A stretch of DNA of 63,971 nt, filler included, from Octopus bimaculoides (Eukaryota): NCBI RefSeq assembly GCF_001194135.2. It is 11 parts of 9 records of this genome, joined end to end, with 100 filler letters (N's around TTAATTAATTAA, not from the genome) between each part and the next. Parts side by side here need not be neighbours in the genome. Positions count along the whole stretch, not along the records: positions 1 to 7,366 come from NC_068981.1; positions 7,467 to 11,500 come from NW_026386660.1; positions 11,601 to 18,404 come from NC_068983.1; 8 more parts are not named here. One strand, 5' to 3'. The notes under the pieces were generated by a model. The model had not been told where the DNA came from. It worked only from the letters and a program-made list of their open reading frames with translations, and made no database searches. Positions 1-11,689 of the stretch are shown here, piece by piece. Within the stretch, counting starts at the first letter, position 1. Every line of letters starts with the position of its first letter. Position numbers and translations under genes: made by a program.

Positions 1-101
1 CCTGTATTTTTTGTGTGCGTGTGTGTATGTGTATATACATGTGTGTGTACGTGTGTGTGTATATGCGTGCGGTTTGGTCTGTGGATCGCACGTGGGTTAT
101 T

Positions 102-137
<36 letters not shown>

Positions 138-545
138 ATATGCGTAGTATGTGTTCGTGTATGTGTTACTGTTTGTTGTGTGTGTATGTGAGTTATGTGT
201 GGGTTCATTTGCGTGTGTGTACATGTATGTGCACCTGGGTGTGGGTGTGTGTGCGAGTGTGTGTAGGAGTTGTGTGTAGGTTCATGTGCATGTGTGTGTA
301 AGTGAGTTCGTTCCTACGTGTGTGTGTATGTGTCTTGTGTGTCTGTGCGTGTGTATGTGTGCGTGTGTATGTGTGCGTGTGTATGTGTGCGTGTGTATGT
401 GTGCGTGTGTATGTATGCGTGTGTATGTGTGTGTGCATGTGATGTGTGTGCGTGTGTGTATGTATGTATACTTGGGTGTGTGTGTGTGAGTGCGTGTTGT
501 GTATGTGTCGGAGTTATGTGTGGGTTCATTTGCATGTGTGTATAT
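1..545. repeat. Degenerate (GT)n/(GTAT)n microsatellite tract
   Basis: Almost continuous TG dinucleotide with interruptions; explains the CV/HT-repeat ORFs here. Confidence 0.95.
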
Positions 546-655
546 GTGGGTTCGATTGATAGAAAGGACAACAAAAGAAAGAGAGAGGGACCTCGATATT
601 ATGTTAATAGAGGAATTTATCTGTAAAAATATGTGACACTTATTCGGTAGCCATG

Positions 656-714
656 ATAAAACTCCGAGTTTCGGATGCCGGGGTGGGAACCCACGCCGCC
701 ATCTCTTCAGTTAT
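656..714 (-). ncRNA. Type I hammerhead-ribozyme-like motif within a dispersed (probably Penelope-type) repeat
   Basis: Minus strand reads AUAA-CUGAAGA-GAUG(hairpin)CAUC-C-GAAA-CU CGG AG-U-U-UUAU. Stem I AUAA/UUAU, stem II GAUG.CGG.GUGG/CCAC.CCG.CAUC, short near-palindromic stem III, GUU site. One extra C before G12. Confidence 0.5.
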
Positions 715-894
715 AGCAATATAGACAATTATAGCAATATACATACATGTATAACATATTATGTTTTGCATATATAATATATAAAATATAAAAAATGCCA
801 GTAATTATTAAAATATATAACGTAGAACATAGAAAGTAGGGTATATGTATATATGCATACATACATACATACATGCATACATACATACACACAT

Positions 895-929
<35 letters not shown>

Positions 930-1058
930 NNNNNNNNNNNNNNNNNNNNNNNNNNNNNNNNNNNNNNNNNNNNNNNNNNNNNNNNNNNNNNNNNNNNNNN
1001 NNNNNNNNNNNNNNNNNNNNNNNNNNNNNNNNNNNNNNNNNNNNNNNNNNNNNNNNNN

Positions 1059-1099
<41 letters not shown>

Positions 1100-1159
1100 C
1101 ACATACACACACACATATATATGTGTATGTGTGTGTGTGTTTGTGTTTGTGTGTCCGTC

Positions 1160-1375
1160 CGTCCTTTTGTGTCTGTGTTTGCCTTCAACCACCGCTTGAT
1201 ATCCGTCGTCGGTTTGTTTACGTCTCTGTAAATTAGCAGTTCGGCAAAAGAACCAAGAGAATAAGCTCCAAACTTAAAAGTGAGTATTGAGATTCATTTA
1301 TTCGACTAAACCCTTCAAAGTAGTGCCCCAGCATCGCCGCAGTTCAATGACTGAAAGAAGTGAATGACAAAAGAA
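1160..1375 (+). mobile_element. SINE family A, 3' half (follows a TA/TG microsatellite and gap)
   Basis: Diverged match to the other family A copies (ccgcttga..gtttacgtc..cggcaaaag..cgactaaa..gcatggccgcag..atgactgaa). Confidence 0.8.
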
Positions 1376-1677
1376 GCCGTTGAATGTACACGTACATGCA
1401 TTCATATGTCCTTTGGCAGAGTTCAGCAAGTATCAAAGAGAAGTATGATCAAATATGTTTCGTACGTAGCTTTTTTTACAGGCAATACACAACTCGATTA
1501 CGTTAAGATAATGTCCGCCACTTTTTAAGATACTATTTGTAATTTTAGAGGAACTCGGCTGCTGTCTTAGTAGGGTTAGAGGGTGTGTAGAAGCATTTCT
1601 CGTAGACTCGTATTTCTGTGCTTTAGTGTTATGCTTGCGAAAGTGTGTTGCACATGTCTGAGTGTATATGATATGCG

Positions 1678-1747
<70 letters not shown>

Positions 1748-2049
1748 TGTATGTGTGAGTGTGTGTGAGAGAGAGAGCGAGCGAGAGTGAAAGAGAAGGC
1801 GTGAGACAGAGTGAAAGAGATAGAGAAAGTCAAGGGAGAAAGAAAAGGAGAGACAGTATGAGAGAGAAGGAGAGGGCGAGAGAGGAGAGAGGGGGAGAGA
1901 AAGGAAGGAGGGAGTGAGAGAGTGCATGCGTGCGCGTACGAACGCGTGCAAGTGCAACCATGCGTAAATATTTATTGCACAGAACATTAAAATAGAATAA
2001 GCAACAGCCATATATGTAATTGGATGTGGCCACTGTTTCACCAAATTAC

Positions 2050-2114
2050 GATAATAGTACACAACTTTGATGATGTTCAATGATAGAAGCCTCCGCATTA
2101 TATCCCTTATTTAC
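2050..2114 (-). CDS. Weak candidate exon (VNKGYNAEASIIEHHQSCVLL) or AG|GT junction
   Basis: Long pyrimidine tract ending ttttcag, one open frame, possible donor gtaatt; no recognisable homology. Confidence 0.15.
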
Positions 2115-2519
2115 CTGAAAATGTATAGGCGGACGAAAGGACAGACAAAAAGCTCTCTAAATGTCCTTTTTTGTTTTGCACTTTCGAATGCTTGGGTTTT
2201 TAGTGTGTTGTGAGACAGTATTAGTGTTCGAATGTCATTTCACGTAGCTACGTTCTTTTGATGCTTGATTTTATAATTGTTATGATACTTCCGCCGAAAT
2301 TTTATTGTCCCGTTGTGTTGTTGAAGACTGATCGTTGTCTATGCTTGCAAGTTTCATGTCCCAAAGGATTAGGGCCAGGCAATACTTGTACAGCTTGCTC
2401 TTAGTGCCATCGAAGATGTTGCTATTAGAACAAAGCTCGAACATACACAAGATATACGACCCTTCCCTCTAAAAATTCCATCTACCCCACACGTTGAACT
2501 GTTCCTTTATTTAAGGACT

Positions 2520-2640
2520 CCGAAAAGAGTGTAATGTAAAGTTGACGTTGAAGAGATTTGAACTCAATGAGCTGGAATAAAAATCGCACAGCATTCTAGC
2601 TGACGCTCAAAAGACTAAGCCGATTCGCCCTCGTAAATAC
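2520..2640 (-). mobile_element. SINE family B, old degenerate copy
   Basis: Reverse complement resembles family B head and B-box region (gagttcaaat..caactttac). Confidence 0.5.
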
Positions 2641-3429
2641 CACTCTATTAAAGTAGAAATTTGGTTGCTATTTCTAGCAAATCGGGTTACCATACAACAC
2701 TATCATTATTAGTATGCTTTTGTCAACTCTGACCTTGTAGACCTATGACGAAAAGTATTCTAATTGTGGCCATCTCGACTATACCTATATACTTTTTCAG
2801 AGATCCTGCACTAAATGTTTTGTTATTGTAATACTATACTACCTTTAACTTCTCTTGAACGACTGGATTTAATGACGAAATGCGTCTGGAAATTAGTTCA
2901 CTTTCATTCAAAGAAATTACAATAGTCAACATAAACGATAATTTGCAACAAATACTTTTTTAAGACAGCAGAATTTCAAGGAATTTTTCTGTAGTTCTCA
3001 TTGGTGGAGTAAGTGTTGGTATTTGTATTAAAAATTTTGTTGGTAACACTGATGGCAGTGTTTCTTATAACTGTAATGACTTTAGGTCCGTACTGGAGTA
3101 AACAATAATTGTGTGTTGGTGAAATTAGTTTTTGTAGCAGTGTTGGTCATTGTACAAGTTGTGGTAGTGATATTGATAGCGTTGATAATGTTAGTGAGAA
3201 TACTGGGTTTTTTCTTCTTCCAAGTCGAGTAGACTTGAAATTAAGATCATTTCAGCCATGATCTGTCATCTTTCATTACAGATATAGTATATCTCAAACT
3301 ATATTATCAAAGATAACTTTACTTTTTTGAAACGATTGTGGGTGAGATTTAACTGCGGCTTCTTGCAAACAAACGACCACGAGCATTTATAATTGTTTAT
3401 AACATTACTACAAGCCTGAAATAGATCGC

Positions 3430-3570
3430 AGCACTAGTCCAGTACTTCTGTTATCAGAACAGGTGGGATAGCAGACAAAGCTGGCCTCAGCGAAATCCGA
3501 GCTCAAAACTTAGAGAGCCTTAAGAAGTACTATTGGGAATTTTGCCCGATGCCTAACGATTGTGTCAATC
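3430..3570 (-). mobile_element. SINE family B, degenerate copy
   Basis: Reverse complement aligns to family B (atcgttaggcatcgggcaaaat..gagctcggatttcgctgagg). Confidence 0.55.
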
Positions 3571-4009
3571 TGATTAATGCCTTTTATTAATGCCTTTTAT
3601 ACCGTTAGAAGTGTAGTGTATGATTATTGTGAATGGTTTTAATAGTACTACTGATGAGCATATTTTATCGCAGTGCTAATGATTATTATAAATTCATTTT
3701 TGTTATTTTGCGTTGTATTTAGTACAACATTAATCGAGTAGAAAAGCGTAACATATGCAACGAGCAATGCATTTTTGAAGAATTTACGTTGATATACTAC
3801 AGTTTTCCTAACTGACTGACTGTCTAAGGGCGATCCAATCTATCCTCGTAATATTTCGAGAACCAATACACATTCGATTAAACAGTTACAATAATTAAAT
3901 TGAATAGCAACAGGAAATGAGCAGACGTACAATATTTTGTTGGACATCCTGTTTATTTATTTCAATACATTATACCCGACATTCGGTACATAAGTCAGAA
4001 GATCATGAT

Positions 4010-4130
4010 TAGAGAGAAATATGGCTGCTATCTGCAGTTGGTCGAGTGAATACATAGAGGTTACAGACCAAATCAGACCTCATCAAGCAGAACTATGATC
4101 AAAGACCTTTCAGTCTATGATTGCATCATC
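4010..4130 (+). repeat. Ancient dispersed repeat family F (GATTTGGCTGCTATTTCTAGC / CTATGATCAAAG motifs)
   Basis: Same motifs recur near 2655, 8060(-), 28310, 42915, 45700(-), 62280. Confidence 0.6.
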
Positions 4131-4179
4131 CAATTGATTCTGGTGCAAAGCCAGCAATTTTGGGGCAACGGATAAATAT

Positions 4180-4330
4180 ATGACATCGACTCCAGTACTC
4201 AACTAGTATTTATATATATAAAGCAAAGTCGACGTCGTCGGAATTTGAACTTGGAGCTTAAAGATCCGAAGAAATGCTGCTAAGGATTTTCTTCGACATC
4301 CTAACGATTCTACGAGCTTATCGCCTTACT
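4180..4330 (-). mobile_element. SINE family B
   Basis: Reverse complement: aaggcgataagctcgtagaatcgttagg..gttcaaattccgacgacgtcgactttgc. Confidence 0.75.
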
Positions 4331-5971
4331 TTAATGCCAGTAATAATGGGTGTGGATGAAAGTGTAGCATGAAAAATGTAGTGGTAGTAGTAGTTGTGAT
4401 TATGGCGGTAGTGGTGAAGATGGTGGAAATAATAGGTGTGTTTCTAAAGCGGACATTGCTTGTGTTGCTTTGAGGAGTTGCGACAATTAACACAAAAGAC
4501 TTGAAAAATTAATCTCTGATTATCAAAGGATTTTTGATAAATAATAGCAATAATAAAAATAAAATTTCACGATGTAATTAAAACCTATAAAGCAGGAAAA
4601 ATGGAAGTTGAGAAATGTTGTTGTTGTTGTTGTTTTATTACATTAAATGAATTATTGTTACTGTTGTTAATGTTGTCGTTGTTGTTGTTTTTGTTGCTGC
4701 TGTTGTTGTTACTGCAATTATGGTTAATATTGTTATTGCAGCGCAAAGTATGGAAATCTAATTGTCAAATTAATTATATCTACACAATAGCTTCTGAATT
4801 GTATAGATTTACATCATACGAATATACATACAAACACCTACCTACCTACCTACCTACCTACCTACCTACCTAAATACATACATACATGCATGCCTGCATA
4901 CATATATACATACACACACATACATACACATACACACAAACATGCAAATTTTAATACTGTAAACCGCATTTAGCTAAGAATAAAATACATGCATGCTTAA
5001 TTAGGTTTCTATGCATTGGCACGCACTTATGTATACATATAAATATCAGGATATGTAACATATATACTTAAATACTAATATGTAAATATATAAAGTATAC
5101 ATTGTTCTTCTCCTCTTACGGCTGTATATCTTAATGGAGTTTATTATATACATTAATATAAAACAATAGACCAAATCTAATTCCCAAAAAATAAAAAAAT
5201 AAAAATAAAAATAAAAACGACTAAAATAAATAAAAATTATGTAGACCTTGAAGATTAATGAAACCTAATCTGAAATAAACTTTAATAAATAGCAAATGCC
5301 ATACATTTGCCATTTTGCAACTAATTGTAGCTGATAATACGTTACAAAAATACGTAACAGATAATCTTTGTTAGAAAACTATTAAAAAACGATGATGAAT
5401 AACTGCAACAATGTATCATCAAAAGAAACAATTGCTGTTTAAGAAGAAAACCTTACCACAATTACTGCAAGACCATGATCCATACCAAGATGTATCTCTC
5501 CGGGCATCGAACATCTCACAAGTTCTCCCGTCATCCAAACTATAACCGGTTCACTTGGCATTTGTCAAAAGGATCTTTACTAATTTAGCGGAATATGTCT
5601 TTCTGCCATTTTTCAACAATACTCCTGTGAAAAAAGAACCTTACACATTTGCTGTCTACTTTGTTTTCAAATCCACACTGCCTCACACACAAAAGAACTC
5701 TCCTCCAAAACTATCATGTCTATTCCACATCGCCATCGCTAAACACACGTACAAGCCAAGTGCGAAAACGCCTTTAGTCGTTTCAAACAGTCTTTGCTAA
5801 AGGTATCTGCAAAGCTTTCGACAGAGACCTGAAAATTTTGTTTATATTACCCTTAAAGAATACGTCACCGGAACCAAACACCTGAACGATCAAGCCAACC
5901 CACCCTCTCTGTGCGTGTGCATCAATCAATCAATCAATCAATCTGTCAGTGTACCTCTCTCCCCTTCTCCC

Positions 5972-6016
<45 letters not shown>

Positions 6017-6039
6017 ACACACACACATATATACATGTA

Positions 6040-6390
6040 TGTATGTATATCGTTGAAGTTTATAGAAAACTAAAAATCGAAGACAGGTATATGAACAACA
6101 AGCAAGTGTTGTTCATACGCTCGGGAAAAAGGAAAATGTCTTTTACGTTTAGAGCCTACGCTCTTCAACAGAAAGGAATAAGAGAAAATAAACAGAGAGA
6201 GAATAAAAATAGAAATTATAGAGTTCAGCGGTCCAACATGGCGATGATTGGAAAACAAAAGGTTGAAAGAAAGGGAGTTAATAATAAAAAAAAGAGGTTG
6301 AATGAAAGGGAGATAATAATAGTGCTAGTAATCCCAAAAAAGAAATGCGCGTGCGTCTGTGTGTATGTGAGAATGGGGTGTGTGAATGTG
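6040..6390 (-). mobile_element. Dispersed repeat family H (Penelope pseudo-LTR-like) carrying a minimal hammerhead-like core
   Basis: Homologous to 27020-27340(+) over about 300 bp (catgttggaccg..cctttctgtYgaagagcgtagg..cccgag..acctgtctt..ttttct). Confidence 0.7.
6140..6175 (-). ncRNA. Minimal hammerhead-like core, family H copy 1 (G12U, likely inactive)
   Basis: CUUU-CUGUUGA-A-GAGC GUAG GCUC-UAAA-CGU-A-AAAG: stem I CUUU/AAAG, stem II GAGC/GCUC, ACGU palindrome. Confidence 0.45.
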
Positions 6391-7295
6391 TGTGTATGTG
6401 TGAAAAGGGGCGAGTGACTCTGAAGTGTGCGTGTCCAACGTGTGTGTGTGTGTGTGTTGTGTGTTGCCGTTGATATGTGCTTCTCAACGTGGTATGTGCA
6501 CATGTGTGTGTGTCTGTAACCAAGCAGTGTGTGCGTATGGTGTATGTATGTGGGCGAAAGTTATCTCTGTTTACGTATGTTGCGTGTGTTAATGCGTGTT
6601 GCGTGTGTATGTATATATTGTTTGTTTTCAGGTATTATGTGCTTGTGTGGGTGTGAGGGGTATATATTGTCTCCATTCCAGTGTTATGTGCTTGTGGGAG
6701 TGTGCATGGTGGCGTGTAGTGTGTGTACTGAGTTAAACAGTGTGTGTGACTGCTCATATAGTGATATGTGTGGTAACGAAATTGAAGATTGTGTATGATT
6801 GTGCGGATGATGATGTGTGGTGTGGATGCTGAGAAGTGGTCAGTGTTAGTGTATGTGGAGTGGTGTGAGGTTGGTTTCAAATAAAGAGAGGAGGTGAAGT
6901 TGGTGTCAGATGAAGAGATCAGGTGAGTTGAGCTCATGTGACGCAAAGCAACGAAGACAGAAGATTAATTTCTCTCTTTTATTGAACCCATAACAAATCT
7001 TTCTGGATAAATCTATGATGAAATTCTGGGATGTCTTATAATTTGATTGGCCATATTATCGTAGACGTCATCGCTGATTTTGAAAGATCCTGTTTGTTAA
7101 TGCACACTTTATTTGAATAGAAAGCATTCGGAGTTAAAACTGAGGTAAAGATCTGCTACATTACTGAAATTGATAGCTGATGCGGGTAGGTTTGATTACT
7201 GTCTGGCATCACATGCGATAGATTTTTCGAAGAGAGGGGTGAGCAAGAGTGTTATATATCCGTAAAACTCGTAAAGCAGATTACACAAACCAATC

Positions 7296-7366
<71 letters not shown>

Positions 7367-7466
7367 NNNNNNNNNNNNNNNNNNNNNNNNNNNNNNNNNN
7401 NNNNNNNNNNTTAATTAATTAANNNNNNNNNNNNNNNNNNNNNNNNNNNNNNNNNNNNNNNNNNNN
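7367..7466. other. Artificial scaffold spacer (44N-TTAATTAATTAA-44N); same at 11501, 18405, 37966, 42509, 54622, 55959, 57337, 60547, 62860
   Basis: Ten identical 100-bp structures; the 12-mer has stop codons in all six frames. Confidence 0.97.
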
Positions 7467-8823
7467 CTTTGTGTGTATGTAAGTGTGCGTGTGTGTATCT
7501 CACATGTATACATACTCACCTATCAAGAGACACAGACACTCGCGCTTGAACATACGCAGGCACGCATGTACAGTTTATATTACTGCCTAAACCTCATACA
7601 TCAGTATCATCGCTGTCAAACGTCAAAGCACTTGTGCTCCAGTCGATAGTATATGGGGCAGCTAACAAAGAAGTATGTATCTTGTATCCTATAATACGCA
7701 CGAAATGTTGGTCTGTAGACATATTTTACACATTAAGAATATCGTCGAACATGTGAATAGTGAAAATTAAGTAAGATGTTATACACCATTGTTGTCGATG
7801 ATTACAGCATTGAGGAAGTGATGCGTGTTACGTTATCTTATAATGTTGAGATCAAGAGTTTCTGCATTCCTGGAGATAGCAATAGCAAACCACTACAGTA
7901 TATTTTTAAGTTAAACCTTTACATATAGACTGTTTTCACTGGCACCCAAACAATATAAACAGATTTTTAGGGATTAACTGCCAACATCATGTTCCCATAT
8001 ATGACTCCCACTTGTAGTATAATACGCTTACGTGTTCAGACATAATGAAAAAGATGTTAGGCGTTCGACTTGCTAGAGATAGCAACCAAACAAAATTTAC
8101 TGGAAAAAAATAATAAAACCAAGATTATCCCGTTTTGCTCAATCAGAACTGGCCTGGGCAAAACAATAATAACAAAACTTTAAAAGAAAAATACTCGGAT
8201 AATTTCACAAAATTATTTATTATTCATGACGTACATTCAGCTCTTTCTCTGAGGTTCATTGTCAGTGAGGAATTCATGATGTTACAAGCTTAGATACTGT
8301 TTTGGAGATGTTGCCGTGATAAAATATAAAATATGATCGATAACAAAGAGAAGTTTTCTCTTTAAAATGTCTGTTTTTGAGTAAATAAAAACCAATTGAT
8401 CATTCTGCAGATAAGAACATTATTTTATGAGGTGCCTAGGATTATATTTGTAAAGGAATTATAATTTGGCAGATGTCAAATAAAGCACTTCTTAAAATAA
8501 AATGAATACGTTATACAGTCAAACGAGTTAATACTAAAAATCGAAATTTAAAAAAAAAATACTGATATTGATTTCTAAGATATCTAAGATAGGAAATATT
8601 TATATCGATACAATTAATATACAATTATATTAACACATCGCTTATTTGTACGGTGTTGTAAAAAGCTCTTTCAATATAAAACTAATTATAATATAGAAAG
8701 AAAATCTTCAAAATCAGACTACACACATACATACACACACACACATATACACACACATACACACACACACAAACACACACACACACACACACACACACTC
8801 ATGTATTTATGTATGTGTAACGC

Positions 8824-8871
<48 letters not shown>

Positions 8872-8935
8872 CATATGTGGTTACCATATCTTTGTTTTTG
8901 CCTACATGTTGGGTACGGTGCGTCTNNNNNNNNNN

Positions 8936-8977
<42 letters not shown>

Positions 8978-10119
8978 CATATGTGGTTACCATATCTTTG
9001 TTTTTGCCTACATGTTGGGTACGGTGCGTCTATGATTTCTGTGATAACACGTGCAGTAAGCTCACATGTTTTGGAGAATGCTTCTGCTAAGCAGATGAAC
9101 ATCAAGAACTGCATTCACACTAAAGTCAATACACTGGCATAATATGGCCACAGGGTCACAGATTTTGTGTTTTTTTTTCTTTTCGTCTCTTACACTAACT
9201 GGAACAGAAAATTATCACACCGCTATCAAAACCCTCACCGCTGCAACCCTCATAACTTGTTATACGTATTAGACAACACCACTAAAAATATGAATAAATT
9301 AAATTAATGTTATTAGACTGATAGGACCAATAAATGTCACATGTGCTGATCTTTCTTCTGTTTCGCATTAAGTGTAAAGAAAAATAAGGGACTTCACGAA
9401 TATTTATAAAAATTTACTCATACCTTACTGTACTATTTGAAGATGACATACAAAATCATTGTAGAAATGAAATTGTTGCATGATCGACGATGTTATGGAA
9501 ATAAAAACTGACAAAAATGAGCGAAGTCAGCGTAGAAGGTCATATTGTGACTGAAAAGAGCAAAGAAATATATTTGATAAGTGAAACCAAGTGAGAAAAC
9601 ATAAATTCATTTTCCCTCCTGTATAGAGGAAATCGAATGCAATTAGTTTGAAGCATTCGATTTTGGAGAAAAGAAAGCCGTTTATTAAATATTTTCTTAG
9701 GAGAGTTTCAAATAAATAAACAATAAATATGTGTTTTCCTGTTCCTCATCAACAGGGAATAATAATTTACAGAAAGAAACATAACTTTTACAAAAATATT
9801 TTCTACAAAGGTGAAAGGTGAACAAAGTAAATAAATTGAATATTCAGACAACACTATCTTGAAATATGAACATAATTATGTAAGGTATTTAAAGAATTTA
9901 TTCACTATCATAATAAATGTGGCTAAATATTTTCATAATTAAATCGAGTAATATATGGTAGTTTGTTTCTTATAATCATCGCAATGATATTCAATGCTAC
10001 GTCACTTTCATTGCTGAACGGTAATGTGCATGAAAATTCAATGAAACAGTTGTGTGGAAGTAGAACACCCCTATTGGGTTGGCTCCTTATAGACTGTGCT
10101 ACAATATAAATGGAAATGT

Positions 10120-10715
10120 GCAGAGAGTGTGGGGAGAGAATCGGCGACCTTTTTCGTTTACGTGTGATTTGTTGGAGTTGCGGCTTCGGTCCAGGTTGGT
10201 GTTGGTTTTGGATTGTTGAATTTTTGAGCTGCTGTTTGTAAAGAATGTTGCTTTGTTGAGTTTTTGACGTTTTGGACGCATGGCTTGTCGAGCAAGCTTG
10301 TAATTTTGTTGTTTCTCCTCTCGCACGAGGGATGGAGGCGGAGTTTCCGGGTGCAGGCATGGATGTGGGTGGTAGCTGCGCAGCAGTGACTAGTGGGGTG
10401 AATGGAGCGAGCGAAGCGGAGTTCGAATTGCGAAAAGTAGCCATACCTATTGATGGGCTGCGAAGTTTGCCTAAGGGGAGGAAGGCAGGGTAATGCTGAC
10501 CCCTCCTGAAGATTTTTTAGCAGAAGTGGAGGGGAAAACGGTTATTTGTAGGACACTCAGCGGGAAGGAGAGAAAAATAGAGATGGCGAAGGAGAAGGAC
10601 GTCGAAGGGTGTCTGGAGTGTATTAGGGACAAGGTGACTTTTTACACTTGTGGAAAGATATTCGGTACAGTGGAAGTCACATTCGTCTCCACAGAAGAAG
10701 CAATAAATTATACCA
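10120..10715 (+). mobile_element. Probable LINE (Tx1/L1-like) 5' region and ORF1 fragment
   Basis: Consecutive in-frame ORFs 10272-10493 and 10493-10741 with a CAAVTSG motif and RRM-like VEVTFVSTEEA; abuts a Gypsy protease. Family call is from recollection. Confidence 0.35.
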
Positions 10716-11500
10716 TAGAAAACCGAAATTTGTGTCGGTAAAGATAAATGTTTTTCAGACCAAAATGCAATTAGATACCGGTTCAGGGGAACGAGTTCAA
10801 TTCTTGGGCGAAATTTTGCCAGAAATAAAACTGAAAGAAATGACACAGAAAAGTAAAATAATGGTATCTAAGAATACAATGAATCGGTTCGATTTAGATT
10901 TAATGGAAGAACTGAACCTGTAGGAAGTACCATTGATTACATTATGTAATAAGGTGAATGTGTCACAGTCCGTGTCAGATAATGCGTCGGAAAAATTGAG
11001 TTAAAGTTAGAGAAGATGTACCCTGATGTGTTCTCGAAGGAGCTCGGAACGTATAAAAAATCAAAGTAAAGTTTGAGTGGAAAGAAAATGCGTGTCGGTG
11101 TTCAAACCGAAAAGGGGTGTGCCTTTTGCGGCGTTAAATCAAGTTGAAAAGGAACTAACAGACCAAACGAGAAGCTTTTGAAAATAGAAATAAGACAAAG
11201 TTCTTGCAGGTGTACAGACTTACACCGAATCCAAATACAGAGTCGGGTAGGTCACCTGCAGATTTGATGTATTCCAGAAAGATTCGTTCTGTGTTTAACA
11301 AATTGTTGCCGAGTAGGAAACGAAAAATACAAAATTCGGGAAGTAGAACGACATTTTTAACACAGGTGACGAAGTGAATTTTAAAATGTATAAAAACAGA
11401 TAACAGGACTTTGAACAAGGTAATATAACTGGACGTCTGGGTAATGTGATGTACACGGCAAAGAGGCCAAAATACGAACATAAAAGGTATTTTAACTAAT
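10716..11500 (+). mobile_element. Ty3/Gypsy LTR retrotransposon pol relic, internally deleted (PR - RT N-terminus - IN C-terminus)
   Basis: MQLDTGS retropepsin motif; VFSKELG and FKPKRGVPFAALNQVEKEL (RT start); FLQVYRLTPNPNTESGRSPADLMYSRKIRS (integrase C-terminus); stops and frameshifts; cut by a spacer. Confidence 0.85.
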
Positions 11501-11689
11501 NNNNNNNNNNNNNNNNNNNNNNNNNNNNNNNNNNNNNNNNNNNNTTAATTAATTAANNNNNNNNNNNNNNNNNNNNNNNNNNNNNNNNNNNNNNNNNNNN
11601 TATATATATATATATATGCGTATATGTCGCACAGTATGTAATATTGTGTTTGAAGATATTGTGTGTACCAGGGATTCGTGCTGTCTGAC

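Noticed and set aside
1433-2098. 221-aa minus-strand ORF with a hydrophobic N-terminus
   Set aside because: More than half is CT/CA microsatellite translation; the rest has no recognisable motif.
7411-7422. Recurrent palindrome TTAATTAATTAA as a biological motif
   Set aside because: Always centred in an exact 100-bp N spacer, so it is an assembly linker.
8824-9030. About 100-bp direct duplication
   Set aside because: The copies are separated by a 10-N placeholder and start in a microsatellite; typical unmerged contig overlap.
9923-10444. 173-aa minus-strand ORF
   Set aside because: Antisense to a retroelement 5' region, low complexity, no domain signal.
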